The notes below the pieces were generated by a model, which was not told the origin of the DNA, did no database searches, and worked only from the letters and a program-made list of their open reading frames with translations. Both the position numbers and the translations under genes were made by a program. A DNA stretch of 64,000 nucleotides from Azolla caroliniana (taxonomy: Eukaryota; Plantae; Polypodiophyta): positions 620,001-684,000 of the forward strand of contig JBHGNT010000005.1 of the NCBI GenBank assembly GCA_043228905.1, in the 5' to 3' direction. Of the stretch, positions 1 through 12,787 are shown piece by piece. Within the stretch, counting starts at the first letter, position 1. The number at the start of each line of letters is the position of its first letter.

Positions 1-3000
1 CACATAGTAGAAGTTGCACGAGCCATGATGAATGAGAAGAACCTGCCGAAATCGTACTGGGCAGAAGCGGCGAACACGACCGTATACCTCATGAATAGGT
101 GCACAACCTCAGGAGTACACGACATAACTCCTCATGAGAAGTTCTTTGGAAAGAAGTCGGACTTATCGCATGTCCGCACTTTCGGCGCTATCGACTACGT
201 ACATATTCCCGACGATACTCGGCAAAAGCTTGACCCAAAGTCGGAGAAATGTATCCTCGTAGGGTACTCACTCGAACAGAAGGGGTACAAATGCTATAAT
301 CCATCTACCCGTAAGGTTCGAACAAGTCGAGACGTAGTCTTTGACAAATACGCATCCTGGTACGCACCAAAGAATACTTCGACTCCGCTCAACGCGGATG
401 ACACCGAAATAAGAATAGAAGCCGAGGATCGGCTCACACAGATGTTCGAAGACAACCTAACTATGACACGGTTGAGTGGACCGCAAGAGCCCCCAAGTGA
501 TAAAAGCACATCTCGGGCAAGTCCACTGTTAGACAAAGGCAAGGCGAAAATGCAGGAGTATGAAGATCATTTCGATCTCGACAGTGAGTTCGAAGGCCTT
601 GACATCCACACGGACGGCGTGAAGAAACCCCTCGAATCCACAAGTGACAAGCCACGCCGATCCACGCGTGAGAAGAACCCCATAAACCGCTACGGCTACG
701 ACGAGTACATGGTGTATCATTACACATTCATGATGAAGGTAGCGTCAGTACGGGAACCGGAAACGCTTTCCGAAGCCGCAAAGGATCCGCGATGGGTCAA
801 CGCGATGAATGAGGAGATGGAAGCGTTATGCAAAAACGAGACATGGGATCTCGTTCCTCACCCCCCGAACAAGAAACCAATTGGTTGCATGTGGATTTAC
901 AACGTGAAGCACAATGCCAATGGTTCCGTAAATCGCTTCAAAGCACGACTCGTTGCAAAAGGCTACGCACAGACACATGGCATAGACTACGAAGAAACCT
1001 TTGCCCTAGTGGCAATGATGACGACAATACAAAACGTAATCGCGCTAGCAGCAACAAAAGGGTGGCACCTCCATTAGATGGACATGAAAAACGCTTTCCT
1101 CCAAGGAGAGCTAGAAGAAGTGTATATGACACAACTACCCGGATTCGAATCACGTAATCATCCGCACGCCGTATGCCGACTCAAGAAGCCATTGTGCGGC
1201 CTCAAACAAGCACCGCATGCTTGGCACTCGAAAATCACGCAGTATCTTCACCAAGTCGGATTTCGGATGTCAAAATCCAATACATCTTTGTACATCCAAA
1301 ATGAGTCGGATAGCCCGATAGTCATCATTCTATATGTGGATGACTTGGTTATCGGAGGAAAGGATCTCGCCGAGATTAACAAAGTTAAATAACTTCTTTC
1401 CGGCAGATTCGAAATGAAGGACCTGCACGAACTTCATTACTTTCTAGGTATTGAAGTAATTCGGACACCAGTCAGGATCATGATCTCACAACGGCACTAC
1501 ATTCTCAACTTACTCTACAAGTTTAGAATGACAGAGTGCAAACCTGTGGCTAGCCCTCTTGAACGTAATCTCAACATCGATGCTAGTTCTGGCACGGCCG
1601 CAAGTGAGTCGATTCTGTATCATCAACTGATCGGCAGTCTAATCTACCTAACCATTACGTGACCCGACCTCAGTTATTTAGTCGATCTACTTAGCCAATT
1701 CATGCAGAATCGTCGAAACCTTCACCTCGATTACGCTAAGAGGATACTACGGTATGTCAACACAACAGTGGATTATGGCATCTTGTATAAGTCGAATACG
1801 ACCATTCGACTTGAAGGGTACACAGACGCGGACTGGGCAAGATACAAGGCAGATAGATGATCCACATCCGGATTTGTCTTCTCCCTCAACAACAAAGCGA
1901 TCTCCTGGAGCATCAAGAAACAGCCGACAGTCGCACTGTCGAGGACAAAAGCCGAATACAGGGGTGTGGCAATCGCCGCATGCAAAGTTGTATGGCTTAA
2001 GCGTATACTAAAAGATTTGGGCGTACCCATCAAAGATCCAATATGCTTGTACTGCGACAACATGAGCAATATTTACCTCGCGTGTAACCCCATATTTCAT
2101 GTGCAGACTCAACACATCGAAGTGCACTACCACTTCATCCGCGAGCGCGTCCAGGCCGGAGAAATTGACCTCCAACACATCAGCACGCACCTACAAGTTG
2201 TTGATATCTTTACGAAAGCCTTAGGCATCGACAAGCTCGGGCAATTTGCATCGGATCTTGGTCTCACGTCGTCCACATTGCCGAGCTTGAGGAGGAGTAC
2301 GCAAACGTAACACGAATAGGCTACGCAATACGCAACAAAGCCGACTAGACAAATCGAAGTACGAACCGAACAACTTTCCGACAAATGGAAGTTGTGTTCG
2401 AAGGGGCATGTTGAGAATCGAACTCAACTTCCCATAGATAGGTTTCACACTAGCTCATGGACATTCTAGGCTAGTTTTGTAAATAGTAGAAAGGGTGCTT
2501 GCCCTAGCTTAGTTGGTATATAAACCAACTCATTGTAACTGAGTCACTGTTGGATGTATTTCGTTTTATTAATATCATATACACTTTTGTCGTTGTTCAC
2601 TGCGGGTTTTGGGTCGGTCGCCTCTGCTTCGAGGAAAGCCCAAGTGCTTCCGGTAGAGGCTCCATTGTGTGCGTGCGTGGGTGTGCGGTCATGTAATGAC
2701 GGGAGGATTACATTTAATCCTAAGAATTGAGACAACCGATAAAGGCCAAGTGTGAACTTGATTGGGGGCCTAAGGTCTGGCCATAAATATGAGGCCTAGA
2801 TACCCTCATTAGACACATCATTCGACTACGTCAAGATAATGATCTTGTGGTGAACATACTTTTGTAGCGACCACGCAATTACCTGGTACGACTCGATGCC
2901 ATGGTGATGACCTAAAATGCCGCTCAAGGCTCGAGTCTATCTCAATCCCTTTGCTCGAGGGTGGTCGGGTGGATCAGCACCCTTCTTTCTCTCTTTTCTC

Positions 3001-3156
3001 TCTTTTCTTATTTATTTATCTTATATTTACTTTTCTTACAAGATTTATCTCTAATATCCTAGTTTCTACATGCACATACCCAAGACAAAGATCATTGTGT
3101 CCATCCTAGCCACTTGTGGCTTCTTGGAACCCACACCTAATTTTATTCCCTTAACA
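1..3156 (+). mobile_element. Ty1/Copia LTR retrotransposon, 3' part (integrase - RT - RNase H - PPT - 3' LTR), degenerate; continues left of the window
   Basis: Integrase motifs YWAEAANT and KLDPKSEKCILVGY, RT motifs RFKARLVAKGY and LYVDDL, RNase H motifs GYTDADWA and HIEVHYHFIRE, in Copia order INT-RT-RH. Broken by in-frame stops near 1075, 1390, 1660 and 1858. Confidence 0.95.
2409..3156 (+). repeat. 3' LTR (~748 bp) of the Copia element
   Basis: Begins TGTTGAG immediately after the purine tract AAGGGGCA (2401-2408) and ends CTTAACA, an imperfect terminal inverted repeat. The partner LTR is outside the window, so the right boundary is inferred. Confidence 0.7.
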
Positions 3157-3930
3157 ATTTTGCAATCAGCTTTAAATATTTTCAATCATAGGAGTTATAA
3201 CACTACCCATAATCTCCACAAGAAGTGATTCCGTCTAATTGAGTGGCATCTATGGTGATTGTACCTAGACTTGAAAAAAACACGAACAATACATTACAAG
3301 AGACTCTAACCTCCAAAACTTCTTTGGCATCTTTGACACGACGAAATTATGGGAGTCATAACATTACCCATGATCTCCATAAGAAGTGATTCTTTGACAT
3401 AACACACATCCAAGATCCAAGATGTATTTCTTAAGAAACCATAGCTTCATGTCCTCCATTCCACATACCCTCAAATATGTAACATATATCCCAAACTTCC
3501 AGATGGTAATTAGCACATCCATTCCATATATGATTTGAGGGAACCTCAGAACCAGTGTAGTTACTTGCAATGATAATACTACTAGAACTACTAGTAACAT
3601 ATGACTTTATGCATTTCAAAACTGAGGTTATCCTTTGGCATGCCAAATAATGACGTGTAGTACTTCATCATTTAGGACTTCCAAACTTTCAGTCACCTAT
3701 AAATGATAATGGCTTCAGAGAAACCATGTAACATGAAGAGCATTATGATGTGTGGCATGAAGACCATCATGGTAAGTAGCATGAAAACAATTATGATACG
3801 TAATCAACTCTTGATCAGATAAAGAACGTAATGCAAAGACCATGATTGTGCTTGAACTATAATTGATTTTACCAGTATAGAAATTTCACAGGGATTGTGT
3901 ACTATTGACTAAGCAATAAATAATAACAGG

Positions 3931-4122
3931 TCCGAGCTAGAGATACCTTCAAATCCATAAAAATGTCATGCTTTTATCTAACTTCTAATTAAACATTTTC
4001 CTTAGCTAAACTCAATGACACTTGCATTCCGAGCTAGAGATCCCTTCAAATCTATAAAAATGCCATGCTTTCATCTAACTTCTGATTAAACAGTTTTCTT
4101 AGCTGAACTCAGTAACTCTTGC
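3931..4122. repeat. Diverged ~97-bp tandem duplication downstream of RPS8
   Basis: TCCGAGCTAGAGAT..CTTCAAATC.ATAAAAATG starts at 3931 and again at 4028, and the copies stay colinear for the whole unit. Confidence 0.85.
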
Positions 4123-4344
4123 TTTAACTGATAATAAATCCATGCTCTTGAAACACGATTTTATGCAGAAGAGTTAATCATACTGTCAGTACATGGAAAA
4201 AGGGAATTATAGATTGTCATTACCAAAAAATTGGCACGGGCAATACAAAGAAAGTGACTCATTCATTTCAAAAATAGCCCAACATAAACCAACAACGCAA
4301 TGTATACGTAAGCCTCGGCTACCTAAATCATACAATATAACTCC

Positions 4345-6505
4345 TCATGCCACAGCACCAGTTGCCTTGCCTTTTTTCCTTTGAATCTTCTTCTGATAGA
4401 ACTCAAGCTCCTTGCCCTCAAGAATATAACTGTGAATAAAATGGTTTCCAACAATAAGTGAAAATAAAAATATATGGATATCAAAACATTAAGAAAATGA
4501 GCCATGTCATTAACATTAAGTCATCGCCACAAAAAGCAGCAAACTTTCATATTCCTCCCATAACTCAGACTAACCAGTTCGCAAATAATTGAACATGACC
4601 ACAAATTTAATGTGGCATTATGGGGTGTTCAGGAAATCCTTTGTGCAAAAATGATTTTTAATTATTTTTATTCAAAATATTAGGGGATGTTAATAATGAA
4701 CACACAAGCACTAGTGCAGATAATTAAAAACCATTGTAAGTTAAAACTTCTCTCAAAAATTTAGAATAGAACAGTGACATACCCATCAGCTCTACCACAT
4801 TGACCTGGTCGAGAAGATATGCAAGCAAGCAAACGACCACTGGAAAATTGATCTTCAAGGTGCTGGTCCAATTTCCTTTCCTTCACTCGGTCAGCAATTT
4901 TTCGGACCACATGATTGCTTTTCTTTGCCTCATCTTCGCCTGCAGCAGGTGTCTCTCCTTCCTGTAGAATCAAAGACATCAGTCTATTAACCTCAGATAG
5001 GACACCTGCAAAATATGCTTACAAAAACTCAGAACTACTAAGTTTCACAAAGCCTCTCATTCATGGAAGAAAATATCCTTGAACTTCAACATAATCGGTA
5101 TAAGAGCTCACAAAAGAACCACCAGATAAGTCACCAAACAAATCTAAATAAAGTGTTCCAGATTTCGTAAAAAAACATAGAACACACCAAATAAGCAATA
5201 CATGCATAGACAAAGAAGGGTTAAGAAGGTTCAGCGAAAATAATACAAAGAGAAGGTTACACTAGAATGATTATACAAAGTACCTCAGTTTCCTTCTTAG
5301 TAGCAGCAGCTTTCTTTTTCTTCCCCAAATCTATGCCATAATGATTGCTGTACCACGTGCGAAAGGGTGTGGCATCAACTTGAACAATTGCAGATTTCAC
5401 CAAAGTCTGTGTTCTGACAAGCTCATTGTTAGAAGCATTGTAGACAACATCCAAAATACGCGTTTTACGAGATACGGCCTCAGATCCCCATGAATAGTTT
5501 CCAGTATCGAGCCTCAGAGCTCGAAACTTCAGATTTCCACCACGCACTCGGATCTTCCTGATTGTTTTGTTGCTTGACAGCTTTGTCATCGCAGCTTGTC
5601 GTCCAAGCTCGTACCTTCAAGAGATTCATAAATCACTTTGGATGGCATTCTATAGTTAAAGATCAGGCTTCCGCAGCAATATACAAGTTAGTTCCACGCA
5701 AATAGGCAAGGATCAACTGACATTTCAATCATAAATATTCCTTGAGAACAAGCATCATAGGAATGGAACTTCAAAAATTGGCAACCGAACATGGACAAAT
5801 TGACTAGAGAAAAGATGGGTCCAATATACTAGATTGACGCAAATTCCAAACCAGAAAATTCTAAATTATCATTAATATCTACGTTCATAGCAGAGTTGGG
5901 AGATATATCAAACAAAAGGAAAATGTCTATGATAAGACTGAAAAAACTCTCAAGAGCAGAAGGAACGCACTCACACTACATAATTTTAGTCAATTAGAAG
6001 ATAGAAAACACGATAATAAACACAGAAGGCGGAAGCAAATGAAAATAGTTTCATATAAGAGGGAAACAATCCAGAAGGTAAAGAACTACTGGCAGGAGGA
6101 AGAAAATGCGTTCCTAGAAGACGAGATCTTTTAACAGCGAGAGGAAACCAATGCATCTCTGAAGAACATCGATCAAGGGCAGAAAAACAAATCAAATCCC
6201 TTTGAAGGGAAAACAATCCGGTTCATTGCAGCAGACAATTCAGTGCGCATTACATAAGAATTTTGAACGCATTACACATTTAAACTAAACGAGCTTGACG
6301 ATCACTTACTTTCTCTTCTTGCGCCATGTCTTCTTCTTGCCTCCTGTGGCGCGCCTCTTGTGGGTCGAGTCCCGAGAGATACCTATTTATAAAACAATGA
6401 AAACCAAAAACAGGCAGGAGATCTAGGTTAAAGTATACAGACGTAATTGAAGAAGAAGAAGATAGAAAGAAGGAACGAAGAGAAGGTTGAAGAGACCATA
6501 CCCAT
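4345..6505 (-). CDS. RPS8: 40S ribosomal protein S8 (eS8); exons 6502-6505, 6310-6382, 5284-5614, 4783-4961, 4345-4429
   Basis: Spliced translation [39 protein letters not shown]...[24 protein letters not shown]...[15 protein letters not shown]...[40 protein letters not shown]. All four introns are GT..AG and preserve the frame. Confidence 0.97.
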
Positions 6506-6587
6506 CGCTGCAGGCTGTCGAAGAAGCTTCTCTCCACTGAAGCAGGAAAGCAAAAGAGGCGAGAGATAGCGAAAGATGGAGAACACA

Positions 6588-6730
6588 AAACCCTAGCGAA
6601 AATCTGCGTTCACACAGATGGATGACTTTTGTCCGCCCAAGTGGGACACCCACGGACATTTGTCCATCCTCGTGTGAAAGAAAACCGCATCATATTGAAT
6701 CCAACTCTTCTGAAAATTAGGTTAGGGTTT
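6588..6730. promoter_or_regulatory. Telo-box motifs in the RPS8 5' region
   Basis: AAACCCTA at 6588-6595 and TTAGGGTTT (reverse complement AAACCCTAA) at 6722-6730. Telo-boxes are typical of plant ribosomal protein gene promoters and 5' UTRs. Confidence 0.7.
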
Positions 6731-6844
6731 TGGCTCTAAAATGGGTTGTAATATTGTTATCATATCAATAACCAATTGGTGTATTATACGTGAATGAATG
6801 AGATTGATTGATCGATTCGAGTTCTCTAGTTGTGTGTAACTTGC

Positions 6845-6847
<3 letters not shown>

Positions 6848-6879
<32 letters not shown>
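6848..6879. repeat. (TG)n microsatellite
   Basis: Uninterrupted TG run. Confidence 0.95.
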
Positions 6880-6882
<3 letters not shown>

Positions 6883-8056
6883 GGATATAAACATAAACTA
6901 AAGCAAATACCTTGATCTAGGAAACCATGGAAACAAACACTTTAACCAATAGCTTTTATCGAATACATGCACATAGGGATTTTGTGGGTTTTTGAAATTT
7001 CCTTATACCACGGAAGTATATTGTTTGAGGGTTTCTTCACCTCAATGCATGCATTCCATTCATTCAATATAACATTGGGAATGAGATGACCCTATGTGTG
7101 AAATTGGAATTTCCTAATATACAATGTCTTGAAAGATAGTGTATTAGGTCCCTCTTTGGCATTACTGTTTGACAAGTAATCGTGTTATTTACTTGTATGT
7201 TAATTATGCCTCGATAGACCCATGTAATGGCTACCTCTTGGCATCATCAATATTTGACAAGCACACTTGTTGTACATGTGAAACCGGACATTCTTGAGAA
7301 GAAGCACTTGAAAATCCTCCATCTTTTTTCTTCCCTCCCAATGCCTATCGTCATCAATAATTGACCAACAAAGCTTTTTTTACCGACAAACTTGTTGAAA
7401 TTTTTATTTATTGCAAATATATCTCAATAGAGGTCTATTTTATTTCATAAATCATCTCAAAATCAACTAATGCTTGTACACTCCACCCCGAACTATAATG
7501 TTGATTCCAAACTTAGGCAACTAAAAGTTACAACTCAAGCTTTTCTCCCAAATGTATTTACAATCAATCTTGTTTGAATAATTAACATCAAGGCTGAAAT
7601 GAGAATATATTTTTCTTATGTTACTCACTTTCGTTTGGATGTAATTACAACTCACTTCAATAGCTCAATCATGAACATTTTCCACCCCATGTTGCTCGTC
7701 TCCAACGGTTTTGCACGCACCATCAATGTGGTTGTCCATTTGAGCACACATTTGAAACTAGTCTTAAATGTAATATTGCTTCTAATCATTGGGTTGTGAA
7801 AACTATATATGTCAATCTACATTTTAAGGGTTGATTGCAAGTGAAGGATATTATCAATGTGTTCTATATGGCAAACATGAAGACTTTTTGGATTCTCACA
7901 ATTTAGTATAATCTAAGTTTCCACATTCATACATGGATAATTTTCCCCAAAAAACTTCAAGAAACATAATCCTTCTTCCTAATCAAGTTAAGCATGATAA
8001 TGAGACCATCATATCATGACTGAATGGACAGAGATTAGCATAAAGACACAAGCTCA

Positions 8057-8864
8057 TGACGAGAACTCAACGCTCCTTATGTCCAACGCTCGGCCACAAC
8101 CGAGCTTCTTTTCATACGCAGAAAATGGGAAACAAATGCACGACACAAAGGAGAGAAAATACACAGGAGGTTTACGTGGAAAACCCCAAACTAGGGGAAA
8201 AACCACGGTAGCCCACAGGCTGCAAACTGTCGCTATGTAAGAATGTACAAAACAGTGAGTTCACGGAGGCAACGACCTCGTGCTCACGATCTTCGCCACA
8301 GGCGGCGGTTACAACAGAGGCAACGACCTCGTTCTCTCTCTCTCTCTCACTGTACAGTTACGCGCTCTCTCTTCTTCTTGCACCAACAAGAAAAATGACA
8401 ACGACAACTAAAGGTTTGCCCTAAGTCATATTTATACTAATATGACTTTTCGGCTATTTACAAATATAGCCTCGATGGGCTCTCAGAAACATATTTACGA
8501 ATATGTCTCTTCCTCCGGTTCTCACCGGGTCTGCGTCATTCGGCTCTCCATAGCCGGGTGCTCCTCATCCGGTTCTCACCGGGCCTGCACCATCCAGCTC
8601 TCCGTAGCCGGGTACTCCTCATCCGGTTCACACCGGGTCTGCACCATCCGGCTCTCCGTAGCCGGGTACTCCTCATCCGGTCTTCACCGGGTCTGTATCA
8701 TCCGACTCTCCGTAGCCGGGTCCTCCTCATCCGGTCTTCACCGGGTCTGTATCATCCGGCTCTCCATAGCCGGGTCCTCCTCATCCGGTTTCGGCCTCGG
8801 CCTATCCGGAGTTCATCGGCACTGTTCTTCTCCCTTCCCATCCGGAGTGACCTGTCTCCCAACA
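8057..8864 (-). mobile_element. Copia-type solo LTR (808 bp) with 5-bp TSD GCTCA
   Basis: TG..CA termini flanked by GCTCA at 8052-8056 and 8865-8869. Shares the blocks TTTAC.TGGAAA.CCC, GGGAAAA(A)CCACGG, CTATTTACAAATATAG and CCGGTTTCGGCCTCGGCC with the Copia LTR at 61969-62679. Confidence 0.9.
8511..8790. repeat. ~5 copies of a 54-bp tandem repeat inside the solo LTR
   Basis: Unit CTCCTCATCCGGTTCTCACCGGGYCTGYAYCATCCRGCTCTCCRTAGCCGGGTV; it explains the repetitive ORFs 8442-8936 and 8558-8950. Confidence 0.92.
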
Positions 8865-9241
8865 GCTCATGCACTTTCATTAACAAATTATTATATTCAT
8901 ATATTCAAAATGCATTATGTTCGAGGACACGAGTAAGCAAACATACATAAGAGTAACATGAAGAGACATAAGAGGAAATGGCGAGCAGGAGCATGAGCAC
9001 GGTGAGGAGTGCGCGCGTTGGCTAGCAGTGTGCCACAGTCCAGGTTCTGCTTCGGGAGGAGAGCATGCGTAGCGGCTATTGCAGGAGGGAGTTTCAGTCG
9101 CTCGTCAGTGGTTGTCCTATTTTGATCAACGGTTGTTTTGCTCTGAGATGCCGTCAGGTACCCGCAACCCCCCTCCCCCTAACAAAAAATTAATAAACAA
9201 AAAGAAAAAGGAAAAAACAAAAAATAGAACCATAGAGTGCA

Positions 9242-10027
9242 ATGGTGGGAGAAACCGAACTTTCAACCGAACCCACTGTGGTACAAGAAGAAGGCGGAAC
9301 AGATCTTGACATCACCCTGTCCCTAGAGGCCAATCGACTCTTAGTGGAGGAAATCGATTGCCTACATCGTACTTCATTGGTATGTAGGTTTCTTGCAGGT
9401 AGACCAAGTAGTGGCATGGTTCGGGACATGCTCCAAGTGGTTGTGATGGAAAGCATGCCTTCGATCAAGAGCGTTGTAGTGAAGAATTTCGGCCAAAGGC
9501 GGAAACCGGAAATATTGGCTATACCGTTGGGGTGCAGCATGTGCGCTCACCCTTGTACATTTAGTGTGAATAAGGAGGGCGCCTTTATGGCGCCGAAGAG
9601 TAGTCTAGTCGGGACAGAGAATCCCATGTAAGTCGGGATTTATCCCACATTGTAACGCAACTCCCTCCTTGTTCTATAAAAGGAAGGGAGCGCCTCTTGT
9701 GAAGGGTTGCCCATTTTGTATTAGCAGGGTATATCGTTAGACGAAGAGACGTTCTCTCTTCCTTTTTCTCTCTTTCCTTTCTTGCTCTCCTCTGCTTCTT
9801 CTTCGTCGTTCTGCGCGTCGAGCACTGGCGTCTAGCGTTTCAGTTTTCTGCCTTGTACTCCGTGCAAGCCCCGCTCGGCGCGACAAGCCCGAGAGCTCCC
9901 CGACCGACGGCTTGGCAGTAGACAACAGTTGTATCCTATGCGACCTAGGCCCGGCTCGAAGTCGGTGTTGAATCTCGTTGTCTTGTAAATACATATACAT
10001 TTGGTTTTGCATATTCGAGTCTCTGTT

Positions 10028-10061
<34 letters not shown>

Positions 10062-12337
10062 TTTGTGTTTCTTTCTCGTTTCTGTACATAAGGCGTGAGT
10101 TGGGTCGGCGTGCTGTGTGCGTGTGTGCGAGAGTCAATTTTGCGTGCCTTCTCTCTCTCTCTCTCCCTCCCTTCGGTTGCTTCCAGTGTGCTTCTGGGAT
10201 GCCCCAGAAACAGTGAAGCACAACTTCCTACGCGCCGTCACTCCCTAGTCCAAGACCCTCGTGGTCCCGCCTTTCTCCACACACGCGCGAAACTTCGCGA
10301 CAGCGTCCACGGTTTAGGGAAAATTTTCTTCCACATTGAAATGGGTGATGGCGCGATGGCACAACCATTGGTAGAGCTCAAGGTACTTGAATTGAAGTAC
10401 AACAAGGTGTTGCTCCAGCCGTGGTCACCAGGGTTCAATCAATTGAGGAGTTGCAGAAATTTAACAATCCTAGGGTGATCACTGCAACATTTCCTGGCCT
10501 CCCTCCCGACTTGTGCCATCTCCTTCCTTTTTTTGGCGAACAAATTGGGATGATTTGCCCTAAAAAAATGTCCATGGCAGATACAGTAGCGGAGGTACCC
10601 AACCTACACATCTTAGTGCCTTCCCTCCATGGGCTTCCAACAAGAATTAGGCTCTACTCTGAGGAGCTAGGTCTCACAACGGTGAATGTGGTTTATGAGG
10701 GACTCCCTGGGCAGAGTTTCATTTGCAAACAAAAAGGACACCTAGCTAAGGAATGTCCCCGTAAGATTGGAAAGGGAAGCTCGGGACCTCGAACCTCAGC
10801 GAAGGTCGCGCCAACCAAGGGCGACAAGCCTCCTTGGCAACCCGTTAAGAAGCATGGGAAACTTGGAAGTTTAGTTGTAGCCTCTTTCCCCCTCTCTCAA
10901 GACTGCCATCTAGAAAGAAGTCTCACTACCTTGTAACCAGCAAGCGTGGATGAACAACCTTGAAACAGGTGAAAATCCTCTCAAGGAGTGCAGAGGCACA
11001 CGACCTATAGGTGAGAGCGACCAACAGATTTACATTGCTCCAAGGGCTAGGGGGTGGTGACCCAGAAGTGTTGGCAGCAACGTTTTCCCCATACGAATCC
11101 TTGTCCCTTCCCCCACGAGATCCTAAGTTCATGTTCTCCACCCCAATGGAGATGCAACCAAAACTAGTATTATCCACCCCGAAGGAGATGTTGACAAAGG
11201 CCCCCCTCATGATGGAACGTGAATGTGGTGGTGACCTCACTAGTGATATCCTGGATCCGGACGAGCAAGATCAAGGGCAAAGGGACGGGTAATCTGGGCA
11301 GACCATCACCTGATTTGGCGACGTCTCTCTGGGATAGAGGGGTGAGGATGTGCAACCGCTTAGAAGCCAAAATGTATCGTGGGATCTATTTGAAGCGGGT
11401 CGGGAACGACAGGCCAAGAATCCCTTAGGGGCTCTGCAATCTACTGTGGAGTCCCTTCCCCCAGAAGTAGATGATAGTTTGCCCCATGACATGGGGGTCG
11501 GCCTCGACATGGGCATCAACCTCACCGCCTTTGGATGAGGATCCTAACATGGAATGTACAGGGCCATGGTGGAGGCCGACAACAATCACGAGTGCAAAAG
11601 ACTTCAAGGGGAGTTGAATCCCCTTAATATTGGGGGCATCATTGACATATTGCTTTTGCAAGAAGACCACCTCTCTCAAGAGAGAGATTAAAGCCTAGTA
11701 AACCCCTTGTCGGGTTGGTGGACCACGTGGTGGTCGGTTGCACAGGGTGACCTCCACCGAAGAGGAGGGGTCTGCATCTAGATAAGCGATAAGCCCGATA
11801 CGAAGTAACATCACATGGCACGTTGGTGGCGGGTAGAGCCTTATATGTGCTTCTTAAATGGAATCGCCTTCATATTGGGGTGCTAAACATTTATGCCCCT
11901 AACTCTTCCCTCGAGAGAGCAATCTTCTTGAGGATGTTAGTGACAACATTGCCTAATGCAAAGGCTTGGGTAATGGCCGGTGATTTCAACACGACTGAGC
12001 ACCTGGGAGATAGGAAAGGGGGACCTAGAGACCGCTTCATGGTGCGGAGATGGATTCATGGTCTTTCCTAATTGCCAAAATTGGGGTGAAGGATACATGG
12101 GGCTCTTCCCTTAGGAGATGCTCACATTCACTACACTTCTCCCGAGTTGCTGCGAATGTTAGGGGTGGTAGTCTTGCACGGCTAGACCGCATATACATCA
12201 GCTCGTCCCTTGAAGAACTAGGGGGCTCCTTTGCTATCTTGGCAGGTCTTAGCTTCTCTGATCACCAACCAATGAGACTGGACCTTAGCCCACCCCGCGG
12301 TAGGAAGGGCAGTCTCAATGTGAAAATCCCCACAAAG
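9242..12337 (+). mobile_element. L1-type LINE, degenerate: ORF1 (DUF4283-like region plus zinc knuckle) and the APE endonuclease start of ORF2; interrupted by LTR insertions, RT part absent
   Basis: ORF1 reads ...MPSIKSV|HGLGKIFFHIE...LQPWSPGFN once the solo LTR is removed; knuckle (S)FICKQKGHLAKECP. ORF2 starts at 11535 with MRILTWNVQG and contains DILLLQE, NIYAPN, MAGDFN, RLDRIY and SDHQP. Confidence 0.9.
9475..10302 (+). mobile_element. Gypsy-type solo LTR (828 bp) with 4-bp TSD GCGT, inserted in LINE ORF1
   Basis: Termini TGTAGTGAAG..CTTCGCGACA; GCGT at 9471-9474 and 10303-10306; TATA-like CTATAAAAGG near 9674; removing it restores the LINE reading frame. Confidence 0.92.
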
Positions 12338-12458
12338 TGTCACGAGCAGTACTAAGACAAAGAAGTATTGTCAGGAACAATACTAAAACATAGAAGGAAT
12401 TAGTACTAAAAGATGAGGATTAGTACTAAGGGAGGTGTAGAACTCTCGAGAGAATGAA

Positions 12459-12498
<40 letters not shown>

Positions 12499-12787
12499 GA
12501 TAACAAAAGATTATGTTATGTTAAGGGAATATACAATAGTAGCTAGGAGGCTTAAGACTAGCGTTGAACCAAATTGGTTCGAAATAATGCCTTGTGCCTC
12601 CTTTTATAGTGTTCTCAGGAGTACTCCTAAAGTTTCTAGAATGTTCTACATCAATTTTCTATAGTCTGGAATATACATCAATTTTCTATAGTAAAACCTA
12701 AATCAAAATAATATACTTCGTATTACAACATATAGTCTAATGGTCAAGAGCTCGACCCATGTAACATAAGGTCATGGGTTCGAGTCT
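12338..12787 (-). mobile_element. Truncated LTR-like fragment interrupting the LINE endonuclease
   Basis: Starts abruptly with TGTCACG at the LINE breakpoint; has a (GA)n tract and CCTCCTTTTATAG (reverse TATA box). The other end is not found after the nested element. Confidence 0.6.

Noticed and set aside
3190-3405. Two diverged copies of an ~40-bp block about 160 bp apart, right of the Copia LTR
   Set aside because: An old local duplication with no recognisable termini or coding signal.
5660-5760. Possible C/D box snoRNA in RPS8 intron 2 (minus strand ATGATGC...CTGA)
   Set aside because: The C box is imperfect, there is no terminal stem, and I recognise no rRNA-complementary guide.
8442-8950. 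Repetitive ORFs, and a CRISPR-like look to the 54-bp array
   Set aside because: The units are contiguous with no unique spacers and lie inside a TSD-flanked solo LTR. The ORFs are a by-product of a unit length divisible by 3.
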